A stretch of DNA of 64,000 bases from a virus. Below the pieces are notes generated by a model. The model was not told the DNA's origin. It ran no database searches and saw nothing but the letters and a program-made list of their open reading frames with translations. This document shows, one piece after another, positions 1 through 12,198 of the stretch; the stretch's first letter is position 1; every line of letters starts with the position of its first letter. The translations under genes and the position numbers were made by a program. The DNA lies in IMG/VR virus record IMGVR_UViG_3300050343_000110; one strand, 5' to 3'.

Positions 1-105
1 TCGTCCTGTACTTATGTTGGAGCAAGACGAATAAAAGACTTGACAAAATGCACAACTTTTGTTAAAGTATATAATACTCATAACACAATCTTTGGAGATA
101 AATGA
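1..105 (+). CDS. guaC: GMP reductase, C-terminal fragment
   Basis: Frame 1 reads SSCTYVGARRIKDLTKCTTFVKV..., matching the GuaC C-terminal motif (S.CTYVGA..L..L...TTF..V). Confidence 0.75.
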   Translation, partial: SSCTYVGARRIKDLTKCTTFVKVYNTHNTIFGDK

Positions 106-509
106 TGGATAAAGACTTTCTACTTGACTACACTCGTTTTGTAGATGAGGTGACTAGTGACGCATCTTCTGATGCACAGTCGTTCTCAGATGCACTTGAC
201 GTAATTGATGGGTTTGGTGTTTCGCCAGAACGCATTCTTACTGCCGCAATTGGTATCAGTGCCGAGGGGGGTGAGTTTGCAGAGATTGTTAAGAAGAGTA
301 TTTTCCAAGGTAAACCGATGGATGATGATGCACAGTATCATATGAAACGAGAACTTGGTGATATCATGTGGTACATTACACAGGCTTGTATTGCATTGGG
401 TATATCTTTGGAAGATGTACTAAGTACTAATATACAGAAACTTGAGGCACGATATCCTGATGGGTTTGAGGCGTTTCGTTCTGAAAACAGAAAAGAAGGA
501 GATATTTAA
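102..509 (+). CDS. mazG: MazG-like NTP pyrophosphohydrolase
   Basis: EGGEFAEIVKK and ELGDIMWY motifs, N..KL..RYP tail. Confidence 0.9.
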   Translation: MMDKDFLLDYTRFVDEVTSDASSDAQSFSDALDVIDGFGVSPERILTAAIGISAEGGEFAEIVKKSIFQGKPMDDDAQYHMKRELGDIMWYITQACIALGISLEDVLSTNIQKLEARYPDGFEAFRSENRKEGDI

Positions 510-512
510 AAT

Positions 513-1568
513 ATGGATTTTCTAAAAGATATTGCAAAGACAGCAGGCAACGAATATGCTGCTTTGGTGAGTGAAGGTGTAGAGGCTGGTGATGTTGATA
601 ACTTTATCGACACTGGTTCTTATATTTTCAATGCGTTGTTGAGTGGGTCAATCTATGGTGGATTGCCTGCGAACAAAATTACAGCAGTGGCGGGCGAGTC
701 GGCCACTGGAAAAACATTCTTTGTGATGGGTATGGTTAAGTCATTCCTTGATGCAAACCCAGATGCTGGTGTGTTGTATTTTGAGTCTGAATCTGCAATC
801 ACAAAACAGATGGTAGTTGATAGAGGTATTGACCCAGAACGTATGGTTATCTTACCTGTAACAACTGTACAAGAATTTCGTACACAAGCAATTAAGATTT
901 TAGATAAATACATGGAGACACCAGAAGATAAACGTGTGCCTATGATGTTGTGTCTTGATTCACTTGGTATGTTGTCTACTACAAAAGAAGTAGATGATAC
1001 AAGTGAGGGTAAAGAGACACGAGATATGACACGGGCTCAAGTTCTAAAGGCTGCGTTTCGTGTATTGACACTAAAACTTGGTAAAGCAAAAGTTCCTATG
1101 GTTGTTACAAACCATACCTATGACGTTGTGGGTTCTATGTTCCCAACAAAAGAAATGGGTGGTGGTTCTGGATTGAAGTATGCGGCCTCATCTATTGTCT
1201 ATCTTTCAAAGAAGAAAGAAAAGGACGGTACAGAAGTTGTTGGTAACATCATCCATTGTAAGAATGCAAAGTCACGTTTGACTATCGAAAACAAGATGGT
1301 GGACGTAAGACTTATGTATGAACGTGGACTTGATAGATACTATGGACTACTTGAACTTGCACTGAAGTATGATATCTTCAAATCTGTTTCTACTCGTATT
1401 GAGTTACCTGATGGTACAAAGACATTTGGTAAGACTATCAACAATCAACCAGAAAAGTTCTTTACCCCAGAGATTATGGAACAGTTGGATGCAGTTGCTA
1501 GTAAAGAATTCAAGTATGGACAACGTGTAGAGGAAATTGAAGTTGAAGAAGAAACTGAACAAGATTGA
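513..1568 (+). CDS. uvsX: RecA-like recombinase UvsX
   Basis: Walker [27 protein letters not shown]. Confidence 0.95.
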   Translation: MDFLKDIAKTAGNEYAALVSEGVEAGDVDNFIDTGSYIFNALLSGSIYGGLPANKITAVAGESATGKTFFVMGMVKSFLDANPDAGVLYFESESAITKQMVVDRGIDPERMVILPVTTVQEFRTQAIKILDKYMETPEDKRVPMMLCLDSLGMLSTTKEVDDTSEGKETRDMTRAQVLKAAFRVLTLKLGKAKVPMVVTNHTYDVVGSMFPTKEMGGGSGLKYAASSIVYLSKKKEKDGTEVVGNIIHCKNAKSRLTIENKMVDVRLMYERGLDRYYGLLELALKYDIFKSVSTRIELPDGTKTFGKTINNQPEKFFTPEIMEQLDAVASKEFKYGQRVEEIEVEEETEQD

Positions 1569-1872
1569 TATATCAAGAGCATATGTGTATTGTAACGATC
1601 AGTCTAAGGAGTGGACAGCCCTTAGACTTACTGCACTTACAGATTATGAAGATGTAATTTTTAAGTATGGAAAGATTTCAATAGACGAAAATGAAAAAGA
1701 TGATAATGCTTCTTTACAATTCGACTATGATGTGTTAGTATCACCTAACGTACCAAAAGAAGAATTAGAGAAAGATATAGAATTTAAGAATGTCATGGGT
1801 GATATTCTTATTCATATCTTAGAAGAACAATTACAAAAGGACTCAATGAAGTATGTCAATACAGACGATTGA
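1537..1872 (+). CDS. Conserved protein between uvsX and 41 (gp40-like position)
   Basis: Synteny; acidic small protein. Confidence 0.45.
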   Translation: MKLKKKLNKIDISRAYVYCNDQSKEWTALRLTALTDYEDVIFKYGKISIDENEKDDNASLQFDYDVLVSPNVPKEELEKDIEFKNVMGDILIHILEEQLQKDSMKYVNTDD

Positions 1873-3262
1873 AAGAACTACACTAAGTAACTTAGTATAC
1901 AATGAACCATATGCGAGAAAGGTGCTACCTTTCATCAAACCAGAGTATTTTTCAGATCGTCACGAAAGAGTTGTATTTGAAGAAATCAATAAGTTCATGG
2001 ATAGGTATGGTAATCAACCTACGAAAGAAGCCCTATCTATTGAACTTGATAATAGAAAAGATTTGAATGAAGATGAGTTCAAGTCAGTTCTAACAGTTGT
2101 AGAAACACTATCTGATGCACAGATTGATATGCAATGGCTAGTAGATACAACAGAAAAGTTTTGTAAGGATAAAGCAGTCTACAATGCTATCCTAAACGGT
2201 ATTCAGATTATTGAAGGGAAGGATAAAGAACATACTTCAGAGGCAATACCATCTATCTTATCTGAGGCACTTGCAGTTGCATTTGACCAGAATGTAGGAC
2301 ACGACTATGTAGAACAAGGTGAAGAACGATTTGAGTTCTATCACAAAATAGAAGAAAAAGTAGAGTTCGACTTGGATTACTTTAACAGGATTACCAAGGG
2401 TGGACTCCCACAGAAAACTTTGAACATTGCCCTTGCTGGTACTGGTGTTGGTAAATCGTTATTCATGTGTCACATGGCTGCGTCAACCCTCATGCAAGGA
2501 AAGAATGTTCTTTATATAACTTTGGAGATGGCAGAAGAAAGGATTGCAGAACGTATTGATGCAAACCTGATGAATATCACAATGGATGACTTACATGAGT
2601 TACCCAAAAAGATGTTTACTGACCGTCTATCCAAAATACAAACAAAGACCAACGGAAAGTTAATTATCAAAGAATATCCTACTGCATCTGCACATACAGG
2701 ACATTTCAGAAGTTTACTAAAAGAACTGGCACTGAAGAAATCATTTAGACCTGATATTATTTTTATCGACTACTTGAACATCTGTGCCTCTTCACGATTC
2801 AAGGGGAATGCAAATGTCGGATCATATTTCTATATCAAGGCGATTGCCGAAGAACTTAGAGGGCTTGCAGTTGAGAATAATGTACCAATTATGTCGGCGA
2901 CACAAACTACTAGAGGTGGATATGCGAACAGCGACATTGGATTGGAAGATACGTCAGAATCTTTTGGTTTGCCTGCTACGGCTGACCTCATGTTTGCGCT
3001 TATATCAACAGAAGATTTGGAAAGTCTAAATCAGTTGATGGTAAAACAATTGAAGAATAGATACAATGATCCAGGCACTAATAAAAGGTTTGTGGTTGGT
3101 ATCGACAGAGCTAGAATGAAACTATATGATTGCGAACAGGAAGCACAAGATGACATTATTGACAGTGGACAAGATGAAGGAGCAGCATTTGATAAAACAA
3201 CTTTCGGAGTGGGTCTTGGAAAGAGCAAGACTTATGAGAAATTTACGGACATCAAAGTATAA
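1853..3262 (+). CDS. 41: Replicative DnaB-like helicase gp41
   Basis: LAGTGVGKSL, ITLEMAEE, IDYLNIC, SESFGLPATAD, KQLKNRY. Confidence 0.96.
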   Translation: MSIQTIERTTLSNLVYNEPYARKVLPFIKPEYFSDRHERVVFEEINKFMDRYGNQPTKEALSIELDNRKDLNEDEFKSVLTVVETLSDAQIDMQWLVDTTEKFCKDKAVYNAILNGIQIIEGKDKEHTSEAIPSILSEALAVAFDQNVGHDYVEQGEERFEFYHKIEEKVEFDLDYFNRITKGGLPQKTLNIALAGTGVGKSLFMCHMAASTLMQGKNVLYITLEMAEERIAERIDANLMNITMDDLHELPKKMFTDRLSKIQTKTNGKLIIKEYPTASAHTGHFRSLLKELALKKSFRPDIIFIDYLNICASSRFKGNANVGSYFYIKAIAEELRGLAVENNVPIMSATQTTRGGYANSDIGLEDTSESFGLPATADLMFALISTEDLESLNQLMVKQLKNRYNDPGTNKRFVVGIDRARMKLYDCEQEAQDDIIDSGQDEGAAFDKTTFGVGLGKSKTYEKFTDIKV

Positions 3263-3464
3263 GAAGCCAAAGTACTTTGTACACAAGAACGGTATATGGT
3301 GGGAAGTTGTTGAATTTCCTACTAACGATATTGTGCGTTCTTTTTCTAGAAAGATTGACGCTGAAATGTTTTCAGAACAACTTACTAAGAATCCACCTTT
3401 TGGTGAACGTGGAATACCGAAATTTTTGAAGGGAAATCCTTTACAGGTTGACATTTCTGAATAA
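3234..3464 (+). CDS. Hypothetical protein
   Basis: ORF with ATG at 3234. Confidence 0.5.
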   Translation: MRNLRTSKYKKPKYFVHKNGIWWEVVEFPTNDIVRSFSRKIDAEMFSEQLTKNPPFGERGIPKFLKGNPLQVDISE

Positions 3465-3472
3465 TCTGTTAT

Positions 3473-3480
3473 TATAAATA
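3473..3480 (+). promoter_or_regulatory. T4-type late promoter TATAAATA
   Basis: Exact gp55 consensus upstream of the late block. Confidence 0.8.
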
Positions 3481-3517
3481 GTATTGAAATTATTTGTATG
3501 AATGGAAACGGTGTAAA

Positions 3518-4903
3518 ATGTCAATCAGAAAGTTTTATCGTCAACTGAATTCAGTTGATACATCTAAAGTATCGCACGTTGTAAGAGTTCAGAGTTTATA
3601 CTCTGAATTGACTGAAGCGAATCTGAAGAAAGCTGATATTGCAAAACGTGACAACAAAGCCGTTCTTCAAGGTATTATTGATAGCAACACAAAAATATCT
3701 ACAGATGAAGGACAAGTATCAATCAAGTGGATTGACAATGCATTAAAGGTTGCGTTTGATAACGATGACTTTGATACTGCATTTCCATCAGGCAAAGCAT
3801 CATTCACTGCATCTAACGGCAAAACTCTCAGAATTACACAAATAGAAAAGACTGCCGAGTTTGGTGGTGGTAAAGGTTCTGGTGGGGGTTCTTCTGGAAC
3901 TCGTGCTGCTGAATCTGCACAGTGTGTATATTGTCAAGCAATCTGGAACAACCCCAAAACAGACTTCAATATGTTAGAACTTCAGGCTGCATACGCACAA
4001 GTAAAGGTGGATGCAAGTTGGGAAGAGATTCAAAACCTATCAGATGATTGGGTTGTATCTTCTATTTCTGTTGCAAAAGGATTGTATAAAGCGCTTGGTA
4101 GAAACACATATAGTTTTCACAGAGGTTCAGAGTTTGTAGATATGATTGAAGGTTTGTTCAAGAATTCTGGACAGACTTACTTTACAAATGTAAACAAATG
4201 GACACCAGCAGATATTTGGATGGTACAGGATACCAAACTTAGTAACTATGATTTTGGTGGAAATAGTGGAAGCCCTGCACTTCCTTACATCAATCAAGAA
4301 TTGTTGAAGGCATATGCCGCAAGAGATATCATGGGCGTATCTTTGAAGAAAACAACTAAAGTAAAATTCAAACAGATTAATTATAAGAAACCATTTAAGG
4401 CTCCAAGATACACTAATAAGTCTTTGGGTAAGAGAAACTTCTTTGCATCAAAGGACGGTTATCTTTTCGGTGCGAGTGGTTTGGAGATGCAGTTTAGAAC
4501 CTTCCCAGCATTTCAGGCAGAGATTATTGGTGGTAAAGCGAAACACGGTAAACTTAGTGGAGACAGTGGAATTTCTAGTCCTATCGGTAAAGTTTTACAG
4601 GGCGCTGGTGTAAGAGAGTTTCCGGCCAGAAGCGATATTACTAACATGATTAGTAGAGAAAACGATAAGTTTTTTGAAATGTTTTATGCAGAGTATTTGA
4701 ATGCTGGTGAAGATAGTAAAGTAACACTTGACGATTTCAAAAAACAACTATCAAAGAAAGATAGTGGTTGGTTAGAGTCAAAATATCTTGTCACATTTTT
4801 ATTTAATAGAATAAAAGGTGCAGAACAGAAGTTCTTAGAACTTGCATATAGATATGCAAAATCCGAATCAGAAGATTCGTGTGTACACTTAAAGGCGATG
4901 TAA
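3518..4903 (+). CDS. PD-(D/E)xK nuclease-like protein
   Basis: NKWTPADIW ... GVSLKK motif pair; N-terminal ..LTE possible prohead protease site. Confidence 0.5.
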   Translation: MSIRKFYRQLNSVDTSKVSHVVRVQSLYSELTEANLKKADIAKRDNKAVLQGIIDSNTKISTDEGQVSIKWIDNALKVAFDNDDFDTAFPSGKASFTASNGKTLRITQIEKTAEFGGGKGSGGGSSGTRAAESAQCVYCQAIWNNPKTDFNMLELQAAYAQVKVDASWEEIQNLSDDWVVSSISVAKGLYKALGRNTYSFHRGSEFVDMIEGLFKNSGQTYFTNVNKWTPADIWMVQDTKLSNYDFGGNSGSPALPYINQELLKAYAARDIMGVSLKKTTKVKFKQINYKKPFKAPRYTNKSLGKRNFFASKDGYLFGASGLEMQFRTFPAFQAEIIGGKAKHGKLSGDSGISSPIGKVLQGAGVREFPARSDITNMISRENDKFFEMFYAEYLNAGEDSKVTLDDFKKQLSKKDSGWLESKYLVTFLFNRIKGAEQKFLELAYRYAKSESEDSCVHLKAM

Positions 4904-6149
4904 TGATAAATTTTAGTTCATTTCTTACAGAGGACAAGGGTGGAAAGAACCTACACCTAGAACATATTGAGGATGAAATCCTTAACTATGGTATTTCTGG
5001 TGGACGGGCTTCAATTAACTTTGTTCGCTCTCTACGAGATATGCTTGCTGGTGCATCACGTTCATCAATAGACATGACTGTAAAGTGGGATGGAGCTCCT
5101 GCAATATTTGCTGGTATTGACCCTGCCGATGGTAAGTTTTTTGTTGCAAAGAAATCAGTATTCAATATAGAACCAAAACTCTATAAGTCAAATGCAGAGA
5201 TTGATGCAGATGGATTATCTGGTGCATTGAATAGCAAATTCAAAGTTGCACTTGCAGAGTTTTCTAAGTTGGGTATTACAGATGTTCTTCAAGGTGACTT
5301 GATGTTTACTGATGATGTATCTACAGAAACTATTGATGGTAAGAGTTTTCTTACATTCCAACCCAACACTATTGTATACGCAGTAGATGTAAATTCGGAT
5401 TTGGGTAAGAAAATTGAAAATGCAAAGATTGGTGTCGTATGGCACACAACATACAAGGGTGCAGAACTACAGGATATGAAAGCATCATTCGGTGCAAACA
5501 TTAGTGGACTGCAATCTCCATCAACAGTATGGATGGATGATGCGACATACAAAGATGTATCTGGTAAAGCCACAATGACTGAAAAGGAAACATCTGCTGT
5601 GACAGCATCTTTATCATCTGCTGGTACAACATTCAGAAAGATTAATTCCACCCTGTTAACATCCTTTATGAATATACAAAATACATTCACTGGAAACTTA
5701 TCTGGAGCCTCTCTCAAGACTTACAATAATAGTAAGGTAAGAAAGGGGGAGACTATTAAGAATCCATCTGCTCATGCAAAGGGGTACTTAAAATGGGTAG
5801 AAGATGCATTTCAAAAGAATATAGACAAACTCAAGACCCCCTGCTCGTAAACAGGACTTGGAAAAAAAGAAAAAAGAAACTGTTCGTGAACTTGCAAAAC
5901 ACACGAAGAATTTGACTAGTATTATTGAGTTTCAGAACCACATTGTAGATGCAAAGATGGGGGGTCGTAAAGAAACTAAATACTGTTAAGAGCATTGGAA
6001 CTTTCATCAAAACCGCCAATGGGTTCAAAGTTGTAAACCCAGAAGGATATGTTGCAATTGATAGAGTTACAGGTGGTGCAGTTAAACTGGTGGATAGAAT
6101 GGAATTTAGTTTCAATAACTTTACTGCAATAAAGGCATGGGATAAATGA
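4903..6149 (+). CDS. DUF6267-like protein with a ligase/nucleotidyltransferase KxDG motif (frameshifted near 5840 and 5960)
   Basis: NLHLEHIED, TVKWDGAPA, QGDLMF, PEGYVA, VKLVDRMEFS; joins ORFs 4879..5850 and 5949..6149. Confidence 0.75.
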
Positions 6150-8096
6150 TAAAGTTTTCAGAAATAAGAGAAGCTCGTGGTGACACTTGTGTATTTACCT
6201 TTGGTAGATTCAACCCACCAACGACAGGACACGAAAAACTATTAGATGCTGTTGCGGCACAGGTAAAGAAAAATCCTGGCGCACCCTATTATGTATTTGC
6301 GTCACACTCTGAAAACCCAAAGAAAGACCCTCTTCCATATGTAAAGAAGGTTGCATATATGAAGAAGATGTTCCCAAAACACGCAAGGAACATTGTTGTA
6401 GATAAGGCAAGAAATGTATTTGAGATTGCAGTCTCATTACACAACAAAGGACACAAGGCAATCGTAATGGTTGTTGGTTCAGACAGAGTTGCAGAGTTTG
6501 ATAAACTACTGAACACCTATAATGGTGTAGAAGCAAAACATGGTTTCTATGGTTTTGACAACATCGAAGTTGTATCTGCTGGAGAAAGAGACCCAGACGC
6601 AGAAGGTGTTGCTGGAATGTCTGCATCTAAGATGAGAGCCGCAGCATCTGCTGATGACTTTGACCAGTTCAAACTTGGTTTACCTAATGGTTTCAAACAG
6701 GGTATGTCTCTATTCAAAGATGTTCGTAAGTACATGGGTATTCGTGAATCATTTATTACGCACCAAGTACAACAGACAGAAGAAGATGTGATTCGTGACT
6801 TGTATGTTGAAGGTAAAATCTTTACTATTGGTGAAGAAGTAACAGATACTTACAGTGGAGTAACAGGAAAGATTATTCGCAGAGGAACAAACTACGTTAC
6901 TTTTGTAACAGAGGATGGCACATCATTCAAGAAGTGGTTGTATGAACTAGAACTAGCAGAAGATTGCTGGCCAGGATTTAAACAAGTTGGTATGAAAAAG
7001 AAGAACGGTAAAGACGTACCGAATTGCGTACCAGTTGGTGAAAAACAAGACAAGGACATTGATGATAAGAAGGGAACACAGCCTGCCAAGTATTTTGCAA
7101 AAGATGCTGAGGGTGATGAAATGGCAAAGTCTACAAAGGACAAGAGAGATGCTCATTTCAAAAAACAAGCGAAAAAGGATGACGATACTAAATCTGCATA
7201 CAAACCAGCGCCAGGCGATGCATCTGCAAAAACTAAACCATCAAAGTATACAAACAAGATGAAGAAGATGTTCCCAGACTTGTACAAAGAGATGGTAGAT
7301 GAGAGTGCAACAAAGTCACTACAGAAGAAGGCAGATGCCTCTGGTATTTCTCTTGGTATTCTGAAGAAGGTATTCGATAGAGGTATGGCTGCATGGAAGG
7401 GTGGACATCGCCCAGGCACAACTGCTGTTCAGTGGGGCCATGCAAGAGTAAACTCTTTTATCTCAGGCGGCAAGACAAGAACTACTGGTGATGCAGATTT
7501 GTGGAAACAACACAAGGGTAAGAAAGAGACTTATGAGATTGGTAAAGACTATGCAGACCCATACTCGTAAGATTACACCGTTTCAAGAACACAGTTCATG
7601 TTGCGATGACTGTGCAGAAGAATCTAATCTAATTGAATCTAATGTATATCGTGTAGGTTCAGAAAAGTATTATGAGTTCTTCCAAGAGAAAAGAGATGAA
7701 TATAATATTGGAGTTTACACCCCAACAGGTTTTGATAAAGAACTGATGGAAGGTGATATTGGAAAGTATGATATGTATCAAGGAAACCATGTTCCACTTG
7801 ATTGTCCTATGATTGAAGAAAAAGATGTGGAACTAAACAAACCTAAAGTCGGTGGGCCTAAGAAGTACTATGTGTATGTCAAAGACCCAAAGACAGGTAA
7901 TGTTAAGAAGGTTACATTCGGAGATACGAGTGGACTGAAGGTTAAGTTGGATGATAAAGAGGCAAGAAAAAGTTTTGCCGCTCGTCATAACTGTGACCAA
8001 CAAACAGACAGAACCAAGGCTGGATATTGGAGTTGTAATCTTCCAAAATATGCCAAACAACTTGGTTTGAGTGGGGGAGGCAATTTCTTTTGGTAA
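6146..8096 (+). CDS. Cytidylyltransferase-like (HIGH) multidomain protein (frameshift near 7560)
   Basis: TFGRFNPPTTGH, VVGSDRV, MSASKMR; further small domains CW.G......K....VPNCV, RGMAAWKGGHRPG..QWG.ARVNSF, RKSF.ARH.C..AGYWSC. Confidence 0.8.
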
Positions 8097-8365
8097 AACC
8101 TTATACTGAATCTTATGACAACGGTTTGATTATCAGAGAGTTTAAAGAGGATGTTGACAGTGAAGAACTGGTATGGCATAGAGACAAAAGAACAAGAGAG
8201 ATAACAATTTTAGAGGGTAGGGGTTGGCAATTACAACTAGACAATCAATTACCTAAAGAATTACAACAAGGACTTTTATACACCATCCCAAAGATGGAGT
8301 ATCACAGATTAATAAAAGGTACAGGGAAACTTGTCGTAAAAATATGGGAAGAAACACATGACTAG
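8090..8365 (+). CDS. Small cupin-like protein
   Basis: ELVWHRD, GWQLQLD..LP, YHRLIKG. Confidence 0.55.
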   Translation: MVKPYTESYDNGLIIREFKEDVDSEELVWHRDKRTREITILEGRGWQLQLDNQLPKELQQGLLYTIPKMEYHRLIKGTGKLVVKIWEETHD

Positions 8366-9836
8366 ATATACAAAAACTATGACAGAGGCCCTGCAAGAGA
8401 TTCGTGAGGGGTTCTCATCAAAACAAATTAAAATGGCAATCGGTGTTGCATCAGATAAAAGATATGCTGGTGGAAACATGACAGGTGCAGTGGACGCTAT
8501 TGAGAAAATCAAAAAAGGATTGTCTGACCATCCTCAAGTCGCCGCAGTTCTGAAAAGACAGAATGAAGATCTGGAAGAAGAACTAGAACTTACTGAAGCA
8601 AAAATATCTAAAGAACTTGCAATTAAAATTTTGTCAATGAGGAAGGATAAAAAGTTTGTAAAGGTTTCTGGTGATTTTGTTCCAAAAATTTATTTGAGTG
8701 GCAACGATAAAGATGCATTAAAAAAAGAATTTGGAAAACTGCCTAGAGGACTACCTAGCGCAACATCTGGTATGTCAGTTGTATCAATGATTAACTATGC
8801 ACTTGGTAGTAAAGATGGTCGTGACCCAATTGACACAGAGGACGGCGACAGTCAATCACCAAAATTAATTAGTTGGAATAAAGGTGGTAAAGTTATTGGT
8901 AAACCAAGAACTGTAGGTGACGCAGTTAAAATTGCTGGTGTTAGAATGGAAAGTGTTGAAAGTGCTGAACTTGATGAAGGTAAGATGAAAGACCGTCTAA
9001 TGAAGGCACAAGACCTCATGGGCCCATCTAAAAATAGAGAACAGGGTATCGAATTTGTGATGAAAGGTTTAAAGGTTTCAGAGAAGGAAGCAACTAAACT
9101 TGTTGATGCAGTTCTAGATATGGTTATGAATAATGAAGTTGAAATTGATGAAATGAAAATGAATGACCCTAAGTTGAATAAAATATTCGACAAACTCAAA
9201 AAGGGTGATACTGTCAAACTCAAGACAAGTTCTACTATCAATCAAGGTAAAGACTTTGTAGAGTATATTGTGAAATCAAAGAACACAGTAAACAAAGGCA
9301 GAGTTGAAAAGATTACTCTTGTTACTAAAGGTAATGAGAAGGCAGTCAAGAAGTTTCTATACAAGAGAGATGGCCAAGTAACATTTGCTATCGGTGATAT
9401 GGGTGCATCTATTGATGATATCAAAGAAGAAAATCTTGATGAAGGTAAGGCTTATAAGTTTGCCGCTGTAGATAAAAAAGGATTGGTTATTGGATTTGCG
9501 TCTGACGAAAAAGATGCAAAGGATATGGCAAGAAGAAACAAGGGTAGAGTTGTTACTCTAACAAAACCTCTTCCAGATAACAAGAAGAGTGACATGATGG
9601 TTAATCGACCATTGCCAGACAAGATGGACAAGTTCCCAACCAATACGAGTGCAACTCAAGGTAAACGTATGGGTGAAGAAGATGAAAAGAAAATGGACAA
9701 ACCAGATTCTGCTAAAGAGGTAGAACAGGGGCGTGATGATAAGAAGAAAACTCGTATCGCTCAGTTGCAGTTGCAAATTGCAAAGGCAACAGAAACAATT
9801 AATAAACTAAACACACAGGAGAAACCAAATGCCTAA
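8358..9836 (+). CDS. Probable internal head (core) polyprotein
   Basis: Lys/Glu rich with repeated (I/L)xE sites (IRE, LTE, LDE, IDE, LDE) between domains. Confidence 0.45.
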   Translation: MTRYTKTMTEALQEIREGFSSKQIKMAIGVASDKRYAGGNMTGAVDAIEKIKKGLSDHPQVAAVLKRQNEDLEEELELTEAKISKELAIKILSMRKDKKFVKVSGDFVPKIYLSGNDKDALKKEFGKLPRGLPSATSGMSVVSMINYALGSKDGRDPIDTEDGDSQSPKLISWNKGGKVIGKPRTVGDAVKIAGVRMESVESAELDEGKMKDRLMKAQDLMGPSKNREQGIEFVMKGLKVSEKEATKLVDAVLDMVMNNEVEIDEMKMNDPKLNKIFDKLKKGDTVKLKTSSTINQGKDFVEYIVKSKNTVNKGRVEKITLVTKGNEKAVKKFLYKRDGQVTFAIGDMGASIDDIKEENLDEGKAYKFAAVDKKGLVIGFASDEKDAKDMARRNKGRVVTLTKPLPDNKKSDMMVNRPLPDKMDKFPTNTSATQGKRMGEEDEKKMDKPDSAKEVEQGRDDKKKTRIAQLQLQIAKATETINKLNTQEKPNA

Positions 9837-10326
9837 GTATTTGAAAACCAAAGAAGGTAGTCTTGAAAGTGCAGTGGAAGCGGTTTCTACTGCACAACAG
9901 GCTGCAATCGCAATATCAAAAAAAGAAAAAGCAGGGAAACCTGGCTATGATAAAGAAGGCAAATCATTGAAAGATGATATGACTACAGAGGACAAAGAAG
10001 CATATGAGAAGTTCTTCAAGTCTGCACTGAAGAAGTTTGGTGTTGACAGTCCTGCTGACTTCAAATCTGATGAAGAGAAAAAGAAGTTCTTTGATTACGT
10101 TGACAAGAACTACAAGGGTGAAAACGAAAAGGCTGAAGAAGTCAAAGAAGAAACTCTTGCAATGAAAACAGCAAAACACATTTCTGATATGTGGGCTGAA
10201 GCTTCATCAAAGAAAGATGTTAAGTCTGAAGAAGATGAAGATGAAGATGAGAAAAAAGAAGATGGTAAAACTATGACAGGTAAACCCATGTCAAAGGTTG
10301 ATACTAAGGTTGTAGAGAAGGACTAA
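9829..10326 (+). CDS. Highly charged hypothetical protein (prohead core-like)
   Basis: ORF with RBS; YEKFF..ALKKFGV.SP motif. Confidence 0.5.
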   Translation: MPKYLKTKEGSLESAVEAVSTAQQAAIAISKKEKAGKPGYDKEGKSLKDDMTTEDKEAYEKFFKSALKKFGVDSPADFKSDEEKKKFFDYVDKNYKGENEKAEEVKEETLAMKTAKHISDMWAEASSKKDVKSEEDEDEDEKKEDGKTMTGKPMSKVDTKVVEKD

Positions 10327-10328
10327 TC

Positions 10329-10843
10329 ATGCGTAATCTTGTGGAACTCACAAAGATAAATGAAGCAGAGCTTCCACAAATATATTGTGACATGGATATC
10401 AAGTTCTTTGTGACTTCATTGGTGGTTATGAACAACTTACTGGTTTACAGTTTGCGAAAACCGATAAAGATGAGCGGTGGAATGCAATCACAGGGAAGAA
10501 AGATTTCTGGGCAACTCTTAATTGGATGCCTGGCGCTAAAGTAATGTGGAAGTTGATTAATAAATATAATGCAAATATTTTGTCTGCATATTCTAATAGA
10601 GATGGAAACAGTAGAAGGGGTAAGACACAATGGTTGTCTAAGAATGCCAAACCTACTGGTAAAACACATCTTGTTCTGAGAGCAGATAAACAAAAGTATG
10701 CCATGACTGACGGTAAACCTAATATCTTGATTGATGATTATATCAAAAATATCAAGGAGTGGGAAGCCGCTGGTGGTATTGGGATTCATCATCTGAGTCC
10801 AACACAAACTATATCTCAATTGAAGAGATATGGATTTAGATAA
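10329..10843 (+). CDS. HAD-family 5'(3')-nucleotidase (frameshifted near 10400)
   Basis: IYCDMD motif I, FW..L.WMPG, GK..W, ILIDDY..NI..W...GGIGI. Confidence 0.8.
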
Positions 10844-10877
10844 ATAGAAGAGAAATCTTTAATTAAGGAGAAAGACT

Positions 10878-11910
10878 ATGGCCCTATGGGGAAATACAGA
10901 TGCAGATGAAGCAAAACCAAAGTGGCTCACTGCTGACCCAAAAGACTAACGTGTTTGCAACCAATAAAGGTTGGACACAATTAAATGGCAAAGGACTTGA
11001 AGAAGTTATTTGTGCAATCGGTGGATTGTCAGGCGCATTAAATGCTTCTGATATTACATCAGTAAAATTTGTTCAGACATCTCTTGCTGCTGGTTCAAGA
11101 ACAATCTCAGTTGATGTATCATTCAACGAGAAAGTTGCTGTAACTGGTACTCCACAGTTGGTTGTGGATAATGCCAACAACTCAAGTGCTGGTAACGGAG
11201 ACTACACACTAGACTACGCAAGTGGTACAGGAACTAACAAGTTGAGATTCACTAAAGCATCTCAAACTGTTGCTGCAACAGACGTACTTGCAATCGGTGG
11301 TGGTTCACCATCTGCTACAGCAGTAACACTTAACGGTGGTACTATTACTGGTGTTGATGGTGATAAACTTGGTACAATCACAATCGCTACTGCGACTGCT
11401 GGTTCTACTACATTCCCAACTGCTTCAGTTGATACGAATACCGATTCGATTTCTGCTGGTACAGTAAACACTCTAGTTGCTAAAGTACACTCTGCAACAG
11501 TTGCTGCTGGTGGCTCTAACTATGCAGTGGGTAACGAGATTACTATTGCAAATGGTTTCGGTACAGGAACTAACGCAGTACTAGTAGTTGCAACAGTTAA
11601 TTCTGGTGCAGTATTAACTGCAACAGTAAAACCTGCTGCTCCTGGCGTGTACTCTGCAATCGCTGGTGGTGTTACAGGAATTGCACAACAATCAGTAAAT
11701 ACTGGTAGTGGTTCTGGTGCAACATTTGACTTGACACTTGCTGTCGCTTCACTTGCAGTGAACTCTGCTGGTGCTGGTTATTCTGCCGCTCCAGATATTC
11801 TACTTGCTGGTACAGGACTTGAACAACAAGCAACTGTATCTCTAGTAGGTACTGCTGCTGCACTTGCAACAACTGGTGCTGCTCAAGAGACACTAACTGT
11901 AGTCGCATAA
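10878..11910 (+). CDS. Virion structural protein, Ala/Gly/Thr-rich fibre or decoration type (frameshift near 10940)
   Basis: MALWG.TDADE.KPKWL start after AGGAG; Ig-like FNEKV.VTGTP.L..YASGTGT..L.F and GGSNY motifs. Confidence 0.65.
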
Positions 11911-11937
11911 GTAGTAATATAATAAACGGAGTATATA

Positions 11938-12198
11938 ATGGCAAAGAATGATAAGGCACAACTTAGTGTCGATGATATTGAAAAACGTAAAACAAATTTG
12001 AATACTGAGCTTGAACAGGTTCATGCTCAGATTCAAAAAATAGATAATATGAGAGTTCAGTTGACAGCACAAGGTAACGCCATCAATGGTGCAATCCAAC
12101 AATGTGATGCTTTTCTGCAACAATTAGGTGAGTCGAGTCCCGACAGTAGCATTCCCTCTCAAGAGGCAAATCCAGCAATAAATGCTGTGATGTCTTGA
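11938..12198 (+). CDS. Coiled-coil hypothetical protein
   Basis: Heptad pattern. Confidence 0.55.
   Translation: MAKNDKAQLSVDDIEKRKTNLNTELEQVHAQIQKIDNMRVQLTAQGNAINGAIQQCDAFLQQLGESSPDSSIPSQEANPAINAVMS

Noticed and set aside
5830-5970. Programmed frameshifts in the DUF6267-like gene and similar breaks (7560, 10400, 10940, 13803, 29930, 34230, 43000, 43690, 58925)
   Set aside because: Mostly an extra base in short C/G/A runs, the same error signature across the window
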